Source of the DNA: an uncultured Candidatus Saccharibacteria bacterium
GTDB lineage: Bacteria; Patescibacteriota; Minisyncoccia; Phycocordibacterales; DAORIS01
Direction: 5' to 3'
Length of the DNA: 64,000 nucleotides
Assembly: GCA_964644035.1 (NCBI GenBank)
Contig: CAZXUH010000002.1
Span: 104,881 to 168,880, forward strand
Positions 28,264 to 39,297 of this stretch are shown here, piece after piece. A model generated the notes under the pieces. That model saw nothing but the letters and a program-made list of their open reading frames with translations. It searched no databases and had not been told where the DNA came from. Each line of letters starts with the position of its first letter. Positions within the stretch are counted from its first letter, which is position 1. A program made the translations under genes and the position numbers.

Positions 28264-29535
28264 ATGAAATTCTTCAAGGATGTATTGCCCAACGGAGCTA
28301 GAGTGGTGACGGTACCAATGCAAGATACATCTACAGTCACTGTCTTTGTGCTTGTCGAAACTGGTTCAAAATATGAAACCAAAGATGTCTCTGGTATTTC
28401 GCATTTCCTTGAGCATATGTGTTTCAAGGGTACGAAGAAGCGACCAAGTGCGCATATCATAAGCACAGAGCTCGATTCTATTGGTGCTGATTACAATGCA
28501 TTTACCAGTCAGGAATACACTGGCTATTATGCCAAAGCTCATAAAAAACATTTCAATCAAATACTCGATGTAATCGCAGATATCTATCAAGATCAGCGTT
28601 TTGACGAAGCTGAAATTGAGCGAGAAAAAGGTGTGATTATTGAAGAGATCAATATGTATGAAGACATTCCTCAGAAAAATGTTCAAGATCTTATTATGGA
28701 AGCACTCTATGGCGATCAACCAGCAGGATGGAATATTGCCGGCACAAAAGAGACCGTGCTCTCAATCGGTAAAAAAGAATTTGAAAAATATGTCACTGAA
28801 CATTATGTGGCCGAATCTACAGTGATCGCTGTAGCCGGAGCAGTAGAACATGAAGATGTCTTGAAAAAAGCACAGCAGGTTTTCAAAGACTTACGCCAAG
28901 CGCCAAAGAAAGAAAAATTGTCAGTAAAAGAACAACAAAAAGAAACGGTTGTTTTGGCAAAAAAGAAAAATTCCGATCAAACGCATATGGTATTGGCATT
29001 TCGTTCATACGATCTCTATGACGAGCGCAATTATGCTTTTAGTGTTCTTGGTGGAGTATTGGGCAAGGGAATGAGCTCGAGACTCTTTCAGCTCCTCAGA
29101 GAAAAAATGGGAGTGTGTTATTACGTCAGTGCCGGCAATGATACCTATACCGATCATGGTGCATTTGAAATCTCATCGGGTATTGATACTAAACGTGTGC
29201 CCGAGGTTATGAGCGCTATTGTCAATGAACTCAAGCGTTTGAAGACAGAATTGGTATCTGCAGAGGAAATAAATAAAGTAAAAGAATATTTGATAGGAAA
29301 AATGTATCTCGCTCTTGAGTCATCGGACAGTTTTGCCGATCATGTTGCTGGTCAGGAAATATTTAAACGCCCTATAAGAACACCAGAAGAAATAGCTCAA
29401 AAAATTCAGGCAGTGACGGCAGAAGATATACAGAAAATTGCCATAGAAGTATTTACTCCGCACAATGCCACAGTAGCCATGGTCAGTCCTTTTACTGATA
29501 CTGACGCTCTCAAGGAGATATTGAAGGGTCTTTAG
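28264..29535 (+). CDS. M16 family zinc metallopeptidase
   Basis: GISHFLEHMCFKGT (HxxEH), NAFTS, SSRLF..LRE..G.CY. Confidence 0.95.
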   Translation: MKFFKDVLPNGARVVTVPMQDTSTVTVFVLVETGSKYETKDVSGISHFLEHMCFKGTKKRPSAHIISTELDSIGADYNAFTSQEYTGYYAKAHKKHFNQILDVIADIYQDQRFDEAEIEREKGVIIEEINMYEDIPQKNVQDLIMEALYGDQPAGWNIAGTKETVLSIGKKEFEKYVTEHYVAESTVIAVAGAVEHEDVLKKAQQVFKDLRQAPKKEKLSVKEQQKETVVLAKKKNSDQTHMVLAFRSYDLYDERNYAFSVLGGVLGKGMSSRLFQLLREKMGVCYYVSAGNDTYTDHGAFEISSGIDTKRVPEVMSAIVNELKRLKTELVSAEEINKVKEYLIGKMYLALESSDSFADHVAGQEIFKRPIRTPEEIAQKIQAVTAEDIQKIAIEVFTPHNATVAMVSPFTDTDALKEILKGL

Positions 29536-29571
29536 GTTTATTGATGCAATATTCAATGATACTATGTAGGC

Positions 29572-30624
29572 ATGCAGGAATCTCAGAAAATGCGTGTTTC
29601 TATAACGACAGGCTCGATTGTACGAGTAGTTGCCGTCGTTGCTCTGGCACTCGGCGTATTTTTGCTCAAAGACATTCTTTTGGCAGTATTGGCATCGATT
29701 GTTATTGCTTCGGCTATAGAACCAGCAGTGAGATTGCTCACTAGATTTAGAATTCCTCGAGTTGCTGCGGTGGTTTTGATATATGGAGTACTGGTAGCGT
29801 GTGCTGCAATCTTCTTTTACTTCATTATGCCGGTCTTGATTCAGGAAATACTATCTCTGACAAAAACTCTACCGGAATTTATCGGTTCGCTTGATATAAA
29901 AAATACTGATATTACTTCTTTAGAAAATATTCTCAGAAGCCTTTCTTTGAGCGATACATTTGGTGAATACTTTACTGGTATTACGAGTGCATTGGCAGTA
30001 TTTGGCAGCAGTCCAATACAAGTTGCGACATATCTCTTTGGTGGCATGACAGCCCTAGCCCTTATTGTGGTACTCTCTTTCTATCTCAGTGCCCAAAAAG
30101 ATGGAGTGGGGGATTTTCTACGCACAGTTACTCCTATTAAATATGAACCATACGTAATCGGCCTTTGGAGACGCTCACAGCGCAATATCGGTCGTTGGAT
30201 GCAAGGACAACTCATGCTCGGAGTACTTGTTGGAGTGTTTGTGTTTATCGGTCTACATATGCTTGGTATCAGACATGCGCTCTTGCTTGCTATCATCTCT
30301 GCAATTTTCGAAATCATACCAGTCTTTGGTCCGATCCTCGGTGCATTGCCAGCTATTGCTGTAGCATTTGTCGATGGTGGTGTCAGCTTGTCTCTCTTGG
30401 TGTCGGGTCTCTATGTCGTCGTGCAGCAGCTTGAAAGCAATGTCATTTATCCGCTTGTAGTGAAAAAGGTCATAGGCGTGCCGCCGATCATTGTTATTAT
30501 TGCTCTCGTTGCTGGACTTAGTTTGGCTGGATTTATTGGTGTGATAGTATCGGTACCACTAGCAACCGTGCTTATGGAATATCTCAATGATCGAGAACGT
30601 TCCCGACGCATTGCTTCAGAATAA
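29572..30624 (+). CDS. AI-2E (PerM) family transporter
   Basis: Polytopic; EIIPVFGP, QQLESNVIYP, SVPLA signatures. Confidence 0.9.
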   Translation: MQESQKMRVSITTGSIVRVVAVVALALGVFLLKDILLAVLASIVIASAIEPAVRLLTRFRIPRVAAVVLIYGVLVACAAIFFYFIMPVLIQEILSLTKTLPEFIGSLDIKNTDITSLENILRSLSLSDTFGEYFTGITSALAVFGSSPIQVATYLFGGMTALALIVVLSFYLSAQKDGVGDFLRTVTPIKYEPYVIGLWRRSQRNIGRWMQGQLMLGVLVGVFVFIGLHMLGIRHALLLAIISAIFEIIPVFGPILGALPAIAVAFVDGGVSLSLLVSGLYVVVQQLESNVIYPLVVKKVIGVPPIIVIIALVAGLSLAGFIGVIVSVPLATVLMEYLNDRERSRRIASE

Positions 30625-30625
30625 T

Positions 30626-32080
30626 ATGTCCTCGAAAAACCATTTCTACCTGACAACCACTCTGCCTTATGTAAATGCCGAACCGCATATTGGTTTCGCC
30701 ATGGAAATCATACGTGCCGATTGCGTGGCCCGCTACAAGCTTCTTACGGGTCATGAAGTATTTTTCAATACTGGCACTGACGAGCATGGTACAAAAGTCT
30801 ATCGAAAAGCACAGGAGCAGGGTATTGATACTCAGGCCTATGTCGACACACTCGCAGAGCGATTCAAGAGTCTCAAGGAAACACTTGGTCTATGGGAAGG
30901 ACTCAATTTTATTCGTACTACTGATCCAGCTCACAAGGCTGCAACACAAGAGTTTTGGAAAAAGTGCAAAGAAGCAGGAGATATTTATAAAAAGACCTAT
31001 CAAGTAAAATATTGCGTGGGTTGCGAGCTCGAAAAAACAGAATCGGAGCTTGTAGAAGGTAAGTGTGCACTCCATCCAAATTTGGAAATAGAACTCATTG
31101 ATGAAGAAAATTATTTCTTCAGATTTTCAAAATATCAACAGCCACTTCTCGATCTCTACGCCAAGAATCCTGATTTTGTTCTTCCTTCTTTTAGATTCAA
31201 TGAAATAAAAGCATTTGTCGAAAGGGGACTTGAAGATTTTAGTATTTCAAGATTGGCTTCGAAAATGCCGTGGGGTGTCGCTGTGCCCGACGATGCTGAG
31301 CATGTCATGTATGTATGGTTTGATGCTCTAGTCAATTATATTTCTGCTATCGGCTGGCCGACAGATATGAAAAGTTTTGAAGCGTGGTGGCCAGTTACCC
31401 AATACGCCGGCAAAGACAATCTTCGCCAGCAGTCGGCAATGTGGCAAGCTATGCTCATGTCAGCTGGCATCGAACCGTCAAAACAAATTGCTATCAATGG
31501 CTTCGTAACTGGAGCTGGTGGAGTAAAAATGAGCAAATCACTTGGCAATACAGTCAGTCCATTTGATCTTGTTGCAGAATATGGCAAAGATGCACTTCGA
31601 TATTTTGTCGTTAGAGAACTATTGCCGTTTGAAGATTCACCATTTACCCCAGAGATTTTTAAGGACAGATACAATACCGGTTTGGCCAATGGATATGGCA
31701 ATCTTTCTTCAAGAATCCTTAAAATGGCTACAAATAACAATATTTCAGCAACTGCTGAAGTCAGTCTTTCACCTAAAAAAGAAGTTTTTGAAATAGAAGA
31801 ATATACCCAGGCATTCAAATCTTTTGAACTCAATAAAGCAGCGGATTATGTCTGGAATAAAATCACAGCCGCAGACAAATTTATCGGTGATCAAGAACCC
31901 TTTAAAAAAATAAAAACAGACAAAGCAGCTGGAGAAAAAGATATCAGATACCTGCTCGATGAATTGGTACATATTTCATATTTGCTTCTCCCGTTTATTC
32001 CAGAGAGTGCAGAAAAAGTACTGATGGCTATTAAAGAAAATAGATTGCTCGACAAACCACTCTTTGCGCGCAAAGACTAA
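30626..32080 (+). CDS. metG: Methionyl-tRNA synthetase (short form)
   Basis: YVNAEPHIG, GTDEHG, YVWFDALVNY, KMSKSLGN. Confidence 0.97.
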   Translation: MSSKNHFYLTTTLPYVNAEPHIGFAMEIIRADCVARYKLLTGHEVFFNTGTDEHGTKVYRKAQEQGIDTQAYVDTLAERFKSLKETLGLWEGLNFIRTTDPAHKAATQEFWKKCKEAGDIYKKTYQVKYCVGCELEKTESELVEGKCALHPNLEIELIDEENYFFRFSKYQQPLLDLYAKNPDFVLPSFRFNEIKAFVERGLEDFSISRLASKMPWGVAVPDDAEHVMYVWFDALVNYISAIGWPTDMKSFEAWWPVTQYAGKDNLRQQSAMWQAMLMSAGIEPSKQIAINGFVTGAGGVKMSKSLGNTVSPFDLVAEYGKDALRYFVVRELLPFEDSPFTPEIFKDRYNTGLANGYGNLSSRILKMATNNNISATAEVSLSPKKEVFEIEEYTQAFKSFELNKAADYVWNKITAADKFIGDQEPFKKIKTDKAAGEKDIRYLLDELVHISYLLLPFIPESAEKVLMAIKENRLLDKPLFARKD

Positions 32081-32095
32081 TACAAGAGGATTAAT

Positions 32096-32863
32096 ATGGA
32101 TTTTGAATACATAGATATACATTCTCACCTCAACTTTCCTCAATACGATATAGATAGGGAAGAAGTGATTGCAAATCTCAAAGCAAAAAACATAGCTACT
32201 ATTACAGTGGGTACAGATTTACAGAAATCTAAACAGGCTGTAGAGCTCGCAGACAAATATGAACACCTTTTTGCAACAATCGGTGTCCATCCAGATGATG
32301 ATGCGAAATCAGGTTTTGATGAAAATGAATTTAAAGCACTCGTCGCTCATCCAAAGGTAGTAGCAATAGGTGAATGTGGTCTCGATTATGCGCGTGAGCA
32401 CGATAAAGTCTTTCAGAAAAATCTTTTTGAAAAACAAATTGATTTTGCAGTCGCGCACAACAAACCTCTCATGATTCATTGTCGAGAAGCATATCCAGAC
32501 ACACTCGATATTCTTTCTTCAAAGAAAAAATACTATGGCGACAAACTCAAGGCTAATTTTCATTTCTTTACCGAGCCGATAGAGACTGCTCGAAAAATAC
32601 TTGATCTAGGTTTCACTGTTTCATTTACTGGTGTTATTACCTTCGTTAAACAGTACGCCGATATCGTTTCATACGTTCCCCTCGAAAGTATGATGTCTGA
32701 AACCGATGCTCCCTATGTCTCACCAGCGCCAGAGCGTGGCAAGCGCAATGAACCGGCATATGTGGTACATATTGTCGAAAAGATCGCCAATATCAAGAAA
32801 ATACCCTTAGAAACGGTCAAAAAACAGCTCAAGGATAACGCAAAAGCTGTTTTTGGGGTCTAA
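32096..32863 (+). CDS. tatD: TatD family nuclease
   Basis: DIHSH, GVHP, AIGECGLDY, IHCREA, SETDAPY; the usual neighbour of metG. Confidence 0.93.
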   Translation: MDFEYIDIHSHLNFPQYDIDREEVIANLKAKNIATITVGTDLQKSKQAVELADKYEHLFATIGVHPDDDAKSGFDENEFKALVAHPKVVAIGECGLDYAREHDKVFQKNLFEKQIDFAVAHNKPLMIHCREAYPDTLDILSSKKKYYGDKLKANFHFFTEPIETARKILDLGFTVSFTGVITFVKQYADIVSYVPLESMMSETDAPYVSPAPERGKRNEPAYVVHIVEKIANIKKIPLETVKKQLKDNAKAVFGV

Positions 32864-32900
32864 GTTGCGAAAAGGCCTCTCGCGTGGTATTCTTTGCCGC

Positions 32901-33374
32901 ATGACAAAACATAACGATAAGCATCAGGACGAACGAGTCCAGCTCTATGAAATAGGCTATCTCGTCGTTCCTACAGTTGCTGAAGAGCAACTTCCTGGTG
33001 TCGTAGAGGGCATTCATAAAATCCTCAAAGATAACCAGGCTGAAGTCACGTTTGAAGGAGCGCCAGTTCTTAGACAGCTTGCATACGAAATTGCAAAGGT
33101 TTCAGTAGGTAAGCGTCACAAGTTCGACACAGCATATTTTGGATTCGTTGTTTTCAAAACAACTCCGGATATGGCTCCAGCGATCAACAAAGCCTTGGAA
33201 AATATTGAAAAAATTCTCCGCTTTATCCTCATCAAGACCGATGAAGAGACAGCAATGGCTCCAAAGATCGTACCGGAAGCGCTCGAAGAGAAATCAGACG
33301 AGACGCCAGCAACTGAAGCAAAGATTTCCGAGGAAGACCTGGACAAGAAGATTGACACACTTGTTACTAGTTAA
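32901..33374 (+). CDS. rpsF: 30S ribosomal protein S6 with acidic tail
   Basis: YEIGYLV.P, RQLAYEI, ILRFILIK; rpsF-ssb-rpsR synteny. Confidence 0.9.
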   Translation: MTKHNDKHQDERVQLYEIGYLVVPTVAEEQLPGVVEGIHKILKDNQAEVTFEGAPVLRQLAYEIAKVSVGKRHKFDTAYFGFVVFKTTPDMAPAINKALENIEKILRFILIKTDEETAMAPKIVPEALEEKSDETPATEAKISEEDLDKKIDTLVTS

Positions 33375-33385
33375 AAAATAAACAA

Positions 33386-33829
33386 ATGTACCTTAACAAA
33401 GCGTTTCTTATCGGAAACCTTACCCGCGACCCGGAGCTCAAATCGCTGCCGTCGGGAATAAAAGTCGCTTCTCTCTCACTTGCAACCAATCGTGTCTGGA
33501 AAGACAAGAACGGTGCCAAGCAGGAATCAAGTGATTTTCACAACGTCGTCGTTTTCGGTGCCCAGGCCGAGACTGTGTCGCAATATCTCAAGAAGGGCAG
33601 TTCTCTTCTTGTAGAAGGAAGGATTCAGACACGCAGTTGGGATGCACAGGACGGTACCAAGAAGTATCGCACCGAAATCGTCGCAGACCGCATTCAGTTT
33701 GGTCCTCGCCGAGAAGGTGGATCAGCAGGCAGCTCTGCTCCTTCGGAAAAAGGCGGCGCACCTAAAAAGGAACTTGATACAATCGAGTATCCATCGGAAG
33801 AAATTAACCCAGAAGATATACCATTTTAA
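33386..33829 (+). CDS. ssb: Single-stranded DNA-binding protein
   Basis: [25 protein letters not shown]-terminal EDIPF. Confidence 0.98.
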   Translation: MYLNKAFLIGNLTRDPELKSLPSGIKVASLSLATNRVWKDKNGAKQESSDFHNVVVFGAQAETVSQYLKKGSSLLVEGRIQTRSWDAQDGTKKYRTEIVADRIQFGPRREGGSAGSSAPSEKGGAPKKELDTIEYPSEEINPEDIPF

Positions 33830-33834
33830 ATTTT

Positions 33835-34059
33835 ATGTTAAAAACAAATACACCAGCAGCAAAGAAGACTTCGCATTCACAGCTTCAGGCTCATCTCATC
33901 GACTACAAGAACGTCGATCTTTTGAAGAAATTCCTGAATCCTCATGCGCGAATCGTCAGCAAGAAGCGCACAGGAGTAAGTGCCAAGCACCAGCGCTTGA
34001 TTGCCAATGCCATCAAGAGAGCTCGTTTCCTCGGCCTTCTCCCTTACGTCTCAAGATAA
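33835..34059 (+). CDS. rpsR: 30S ribosomal protein S18 (no Zn cysteines)
   Basis: [31 protein letters not shown]. Confidence 0.96.
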   Translation: MLKTNTPAAKKTSHSQLQAHLIDYKNVDLLKKFLNPHARIVSKKRTGVSAKHQRLIANAIKRARFLGLLPYVSR

Positions 34060-34065
34060 ATCATC

Positions 34066-34096
34066 AAAAAACTCCCCACATGTGTGGGGAGTTTTT
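34066..34096. terminator. Bidirectional terminator between rpsR and efp
   Basis: aaaaaactccccaca/tgtggggagttttt inverted repeat. Confidence 0.85.
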
Positions 34097-34127
34097 GTTT
34101 GCCAGAGAAGTAACAGAGAAATAGAAT

Positions 34128-34709
34128 TTAGAATTTCTTTTCACCAACTCTTTCGACGTATTCGCCAGTTTCAGTATTGATTCTGATGATCTCTCCTTCG
34201 TCGATAAAGAGTGGTCCATTGATCACCGCACCCGTCTCGAGCGTAATCTGTTTGCTGCCGCCGCTGACCGTATTGCCTTTGACTGCTGGTGGAGCGTCAG
34301 TGACCTTGAGGTCAACCTTGATCGGTAGTTTGATGCCGATCATCTTGTCTTCAAAGGTCATAACATCGATAAGAGAATTTCCTTTCATAAACTTGGCTGC
34401 ATTGCCGAGTATCGCTTCTTCGATCTTAAATCGCTTTGAAGGATCGTTTTCTTCACTAAACCAGAACTCACCTCTGTTGGCGTACAGAAACTTCACTTTT
34501 CTTGTGGTGATTTCAGCTTCTTCTACCTTTTCAGATACATGGAAAGAGATTTCCTTGATGTTTCCACTAATGAGATTCTTTAGTTTTGTAGCATTGACCG
34601 GCTTTCGCTGTTGTTTGCGGAAGACATGTGAGTCGAGGACTTCGTAAGGCTGACCTTCGTAGATAATGATCTTGCGAAGGGTGATTTCATTGTATTCGAG
34701 CATTGCCAT
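34128..34709 (-). CDS. efp: Elongation factor P with atypical tip loop
   Basis: KLKNLISG, PPAVKGNT, LETG, PLFI..GE.I.INTETGEYVER. Confidence 0.93.
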   Translation of the reverse strand: MAMLEYNEITLRKIIIYEGQPYEVLDSHVFRKQQRKPVNATKLKNLISGNIKEISFHVSEKVEEAEITTRKVKFLYANRGEFWFSEENDPSKRFKIEEAILGNAAKFMKGNSLIDVMTFEDKMIGIKLPIKVDLKVTDAPPAVKGNTVSGGSKQITLETGAVINGPLFIDEGEIIRINTETGEYVERVGEKKF

Positions 34710-34784
34710 GTCTATATTTCCGTTTATTTAATAGTCTCTGGATTTTAGACGACAGGCGCTAAATAGGCAAGTAGTACAGGCTTT

Positions 34785-35834
34785 TTATTCTCCGCCGCTT
34801 TGAGTAATATTTTCTCCCGAAGCTAGATGTTCGCGGATTTCTTTGAGTATTTTGTTTTTAATAACCGGTGTAGCACGCAAGAACTGGCGAGTAGCATCAT
34901 AGCCTCGGCCGAGTTTTTCTTCCCCATAACTATAGCTTGTACCTGATTTCTGAATGATACCCATCTTTTCTCCTAGAGCAATCATTTCTCCTTCCTGAGA
35001 AATACCTTCATTGTAGATAAGGTCAAATTCTGACTGTCTGAAAGGTGCTGCAACTTTGTTCTTGACCACCTTGACCCTGACGCGGCCTCCTACAACCTCT
35101 TCACCCTTTTTGATCTGAGCGATTCTTCGTATATCGATACGTACTGATGTATAAAACTTAAGTGCCTTGCCTCCAGGAGTGGTTTCAGGATTGCCAAACA
35201 TAACACCAATCTGCATTCGGATTTGGTTGATAAAGATAACGATCGTCTTTGAGCGTGCTACTATGCTCGTGAGTTTTCGTAGAGCCTGTGACATGAGACG
35301 AGCTTGCTTACCCACATGGTGTGCTCCCATTTCTCCTTCGATCTCATCTTTTGGAGTCAGAGCTGCAACCGAGTCGATTACCACGACGTCGAGTTTACCG
35401 CTGCGTACCAAGCTTTCGCAAATTTCGAGCGCCTGTTCGCCAGTGTCTGGCTGTGAGATAAGCAATTCTTCTATTTTTACACCAAGCTTTTTTGCGTACT
35501 CAGGATCCATGGCATGTTCAGCATCGATAAATGCGCAGATACCGTTTTTCTTCTGAGCCTCAGCTACTACATGCAGTGCAAGTGTTGTCTTACCTGAAGA
35601 TTCTGGACCAAATATTTCTATAATTCTTCCGCGGGGTAGGCCTCCGACACCGAGTGCGGCATCGAGACCAATCGAACCAGTTGAGACGGTATCGATATCT
35701 ACCTTGGGCTTATCGCCAAGCATCATGATTGCCTCGTCGCCAAATTTTGATTTGATTTCTCTGATTGTGTCCTGAACACGGTTTGTACCCGCTTCTTTGA
35801 CTGGAACTTTTACTTCTTTTTCTTTTTTTGCCAT
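34785..35834 (-). CDS. recA: Recombinase RecA
   Basis: [40 protein letters not shown]. Confidence 0.99.
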   Translation of the reverse strand: MAKKEKEVKVPVKEAGTNRVQDTIREIKSKFGDEAIMMLGDKPKVDIDTVSTGSIGLDAALGVGGLPRGRIIEIFGPESSGKTTLALHVVAEAQKKNGICAFIDAEHAMDPEYAKKLGVKIEELLISQPDTGEQALEICESLVRSGKLDVVVIDSVAALTPKDEIEGEMGAHHVGKQARLMSQALRKLTSIVARSKTIVIFINQIRMQIGVMFGNPETTPGGKALKFYTSVRIDIRRIAQIKKGEEVVGGRVRVKVVKNKVAAPFRQSEFDLIYNEGISQEGEMIALGEKMGIIQKSGTSYSYGEEKLGRGYDATRQFLRATPVIKNKILKEIREHLASGENITQSGGE

Positions 35835-35889
35835 ATATTTTGTGTAGGTATTATATCTCTTTGCTAATAAAATATATCTTCAGAAAAGA

Positions 35890-36234
35890 TCATTTATTTC
35901 TAAATACAGTAACTCGACGGATAATTTCATTGCCGAATTTGTCGTCTGCTTTCAATTCTAACACGTTTGTACCCATAGCCACGATCGTGGTTTCTCGGAA
36001 TATTCCTTCGTCGTCGGTAAAGATCTTTTTATTGTTTAAGTACAAAAAGGCAATATTCTGAGCTTCTCCGGTAATGATTATTTCACTTTGTTCGACTATC
36101 TGACCATCAGTTGGACTTGTAATATTCACCAACGGCCCTTCTATAATCTTTCTAGCTTGAAACACTGCGTATCCAAGAATAAAGAGTGAGATGCAGCAGA
36201 AGAGGATTATTTTGGCAATTCTTCGAGCTCTCAT
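35890..36234 (-). CDS. Small membrane-anchored Ig-like domain protein
   Basis: TM helix then P.VNITSP.DG beta-sandwich; 4-nt overlap with ftsK. Confidence 0.75.
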   Translation of the reverse strand: MRARRIAKIILFCCISLFILGYAVFQARKIIEGPLVNITSPTDGQIVEQSEIIITGEAQNIAFLYLNNKKIFTDDEGIFRETTIVAMGTNVLELKADDKFGNEIIRRVTVFRNK

Positions 36235-38468
36235 GCCTGTGGAGGAGCTTGTTCCTGACGACTGACAAGGATTTCACGTGGCTTTGCGCCTTCTCCATGC
36301 CCAATGACTCCTTTTTCTTCGAGCATGTCGATCAGGCGAGCGGCACGAGCATATCCTATGCTCAATTTTCGTTGTAGAAGGGAAGTTGAGGCTTTACCCA
36401 TACTAATAACTGTTTCCTTGGCTTCTTCATACAATTCATCTTCTTCGCCTCCGCCATCGTCAAATGATGATGTGAAGATAGCGTTTTTGTCTTCCACTGC
36501 TTCAGGTGAGAGATTGATTTCTGAAGGAACACCATCTACCCAGTTGTCGGTAATATGCTTCACTACTCGCTTGAGCTCTTGTTCTGTTATATATGCAGAT
36601 TGAATGCGGGCTGGTTTTGACATTTCTCCCGACATAAAGAGCATGTCTCCAGCACCCAAGAGCTTCTCAGCACCAGCCATATCAAGAATAGTACGAGAAT
36701 CGATCTGAGAGGTGACCTGTAAGGCAATACGAGAAGGAACGTTGGCCTTGATGAGACCGGTGATGACATTGACCGAAGGGCGCTGTGTCGAAAGAATAAG
36801 ATGTATACCCACTGCTCGGCTCATTTGAGCCAGACGGACGATGCCCGATTCGAGCTCTCTAGGATATGCCTGCATGATATCCGCCAATTCGTCGATAATG
36901 ACTACTATATATGGCATGGTCTCTGGTGAATCTTCCTCGGGTATTTCTTCCTCACCTTTTTTCTTTGCTCGCTCGAGAGCTGGAATGACTACGTTTTTGT
37001 GATACGACTCGATATCACGAACCTTTTTCGTTTCAAGCAGGTCGTATCGTCGATCCATTTCTTTTGCTGCCCATCGCAGTGCCATAATAGCTTTCTTTGC
37101 GTCAGTAATGACCGGCGTGAGTAGGTGAGCGATGCCGTTGTACATCGTGAGCTCCACGCGCTTAGGGTCGATCATGATGAATTTGAGCTGATCAGGCGAG
37201 TTTCTATATAGTAGAGAAGTAAGTATGGCATGAATGGTAACCGATTTGCCCGATCCAGTTGCTCCGGCAATAAGGAGGTGAGGAGCTTTGGCGAGATTGG
37301 CAAAATGAGATTTGCCCGATATACCCTTGCCCAATGAAACGAGGAGAGGTTTGTCTGAATTGGCATATTCATCTTCAGAGAGGAGTGTAGCAAGACCAAC
37401 AGTGGTCTTTGTGGTGTTTGGGATCTCAATACCTACAAGTGATTTGCCTGGGATCGGTGCCTCTATACGAAGTGGATGTGCAGCAAGAGCAAGAGCCAGG
37501 TCATTTTGCAAAGTCACGATACGTGAGAGCTTCATACCTTCTGCAGGTTTAAGGGCATAGCGGGTAACCGAAGGTCCAATAGAGATCTCATCCATTTCGA
37601 CATTGATGCCGAAGTTTTGGAGTGTTCTCTTAATGATATTGGCATTGGCCTTGATATCGCCGACACCTGGCTTACCCTTGTCTCTTTCAAGAAGTGAAAG
37701 TGGTGGAGGAGTATACGTAGTAAGGGTAATCTTTCTGGACTGTGGCATGAGCGGCATGTCACTCTCTTTTTTAAATGTGCCCAACTTCTTATTTTCTTCT
37801 ACCGGTCTTTCTTCTTTTACTTCTGGTACAACGATAGGTTTCTCCTCGATCATTTCCTTGTCACCGTCTTTCACAACAACATCGGAGCCTTCCTCATCGT
37901 CTTCACCTTCCTTTTCACGTCTCCAAAATGCAAGGGTACTTGGCAGTCTCAAATGTGTATCAAAAATCACTAATACTGATACAACAACAAAAGCGAATAG
38001 AAACGCTACCGTGGCATATACATCGAAGGCTTTGATAAGAGGAACAGATACGAGCTTACCAATGAGACCGGCTGTGTCTTTAAAAAAGGTATCGATAAGA
38101 CCCAATCCTGAACACATAAAGATGATGAACCCAATAACCTGCAGTACTGAGAAACTTTGCTTGATGGATTTGAAAAAGGCGATTGAGAGCATGATGAGAG
38201 CAAGGGGGAGAAGGGCATATCCGACACCAAATAAAAAGTGAATGATTGAATACGTGTACATGCCTGCCTTACCGGCTGCATTGAAGCCGTCGCCGTTATT
38301 GAAGTAGGCAAGGGTAAAGAACAAGGCCAAGACAATACAGCCTATACCATATATAGCCATCATTGTTTCTTCCTTCAATCCCTTTTTATTCTTTCTACTT
38401 TCTTCTATCTTTTTTTTGCGAGGAGATTTTTCGTAGTCTTCGTAATCAGATTTATTTTTTCGAGCCAT
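36231..38468 (-). CDS. ftsK: DNA translocase FtsK/SpoIIIE
   Basis: N-terminal TMs, PHLLIAGATGSGKS, IDPKRVEL, DELAD, gamma domain STSLLQRKLSIGYARAARL. Confidence 0.98.
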   Translation of the reverse strand: MARKNKSDYEDYEKSPRKKKIEESRKNKKGLKEETMMAIYGIGCIVLALFFTLAYFNNGDGFNAAGKAGMYTYSIIHFLFGVGYALLPLALIMLSIAFFKSIKQSFSVLQVIGFIIFMCSGLGLIDTFFKDTAGLIGKLVSVPLIKAFDVYATVAFLFAFVVVSVLVIFDTHLRLPSTLAFWRREKEGEDDEEGSDVVVKDGDKEMIEEKPIVVPEVKEERPVEENKKLGTFKKESDMPLMPQSRKITLTTYTPPPLSLLERDKGKPGVGDIKANANIIKRTLQNFGINVEMDEISIGPSVTRYALKPAEGMKLSRIVTLQNDLALALAAHPLRIEAPIPGKSLVGIEIPNTTKTTVGLATLLSEDEYANSDKPLLVSLGKGISGKSHFANLAKAPHLLIAGATGSGKSVTIHAILTSLLYRNSPDQLKFIMIDPKRVELTMYNGIAHLLTPVITDAKKAIMALRWAAKEMDRRYDLLETKKVRDIESYHKNVVIPALERAKKKGEEEIPEEDSPETMPYIVVIIDELADIMQAYPRELESGIVRLAQMSRAVGIHLILSTQRPSVNVITGLIKANVPSRIALQVTSQIDSRTILDMAGAEKLLGAGDMLFMSGEMSKPARIQSAYITEQELKRVVKHITDNWVDGVPSEINLSPEAVEDKNAIFTSSFDDGGGEEDELYEEAKETVISMGKASTSLLQRKLSIGYARAARLIDMLEEKGVIGHGEGAKPREILVSRQEQAPPQA

Positions 38469-38536
38469 AACAGAGTAATTGTATCGATTTTATCGCCAAA
38501 TACCAAGCAGGGTTTAGCACAAACAACCCAAGGCTT

Positions 38537-38564
38537 TTGACAGCGTAAAAGACAGGTATATAAT
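38537..38564 (+). promoter_or_regulatory. Consensus sigma70 promoter with a TAAAAGACA motif in its spacer
   Basis: TTGACA(38537)-N16-TATAAT(38559). Confidence 0.8.
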
Positions 38565-39297
38565 ACGCTCACACGTCCTTAATAAAAAAGAAAATTTTAA
38601 AAGCCATGAACGAATTAAAAGACATAAATAACCAAAAGGACAGCATCACGTACCTTATTAAGAGGTGGGAGAAAATATCAATAGCTGTATACATGGTTTC
38701 GTCTTTTATAAAGGACATGGACAATATTAAGTGGGATATGCGCAATCGATCGCTGTCGATATTGTCGTCACTCCATCAGGTCAGTGAGGATGCAATAGAA
38801 AGGCATGTCATGCTCGATGAATGTCTTAAAGAACTCAACATCCTTACTTCTGAACTCCAACTCGCATTTTCTGCAGCACTTATTGGAAGGATGAACTTCG
38901 TACTTATTTTTGAAGAAATCGAGCTTTATAAGAGGGAAGTATTCGACTATAAGATAAAAGATGCTGTCCTCTCTCCCCTCCAAAAAGATTTCATGCGAGT
39001 TGAAAAAGATTTCCCCGAGTCTATTGGCCCTACAGAGGATAAAGGACACTTTCTCTATAAAGGACATGAATCTATAAAGGACAAGATAAAGGACAGTCAG
39101 TCAGCAAAGGCTCCCCAAAAAGTACAACCCGAGAAGCCAATTCAAGAGAACCGTATTGAAAGAAGAAAGGCTATAATTAACCTCATCAAAAACAAGGATC
39201 AGGTCTCTATAAAAGACATATCAACTGCCATGAAAGATTGCAGTGAAAAAACCATTCAAAGAGAGCTTCTTTCTCTGGTTGCTGAAGGTGTCCTTAA
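38546..39297. repeat. Dispersed array of ~11 TAAARGACA-type motifs in both orientations
   Basis: Forward copies at 38546, 38616, 38634 (1 mismatch), 38709, 39040, 39058, 39075, 39087, 39210; imperfect reverse copies at 38575, 38701, 39289. Confidence 0.85.

Noticed and set aside
37603-38241. 212-aa plus-strand ORF and similar long antisense ORFs (e.g. 34177-34647, 47307-47867)
   Set aside because: These are antisense shadows of well-supported genes (ftsK, efp, epimerase), with Ser-rich non-protein-like composition.
38606-38950. Avd-like helical bundle suggesting a diversity-generating retroelement
   Set aside because: No reverse transcriptase and no TR/VR repeat pair with adenine-specific mismatches were seen in the window.
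39040-39095. CRISPR-like short repeats
   Set aside because: The repeats are 9-10 bp with irregular 3-9 nt gaps inside a CDS, and no cas genes are present.
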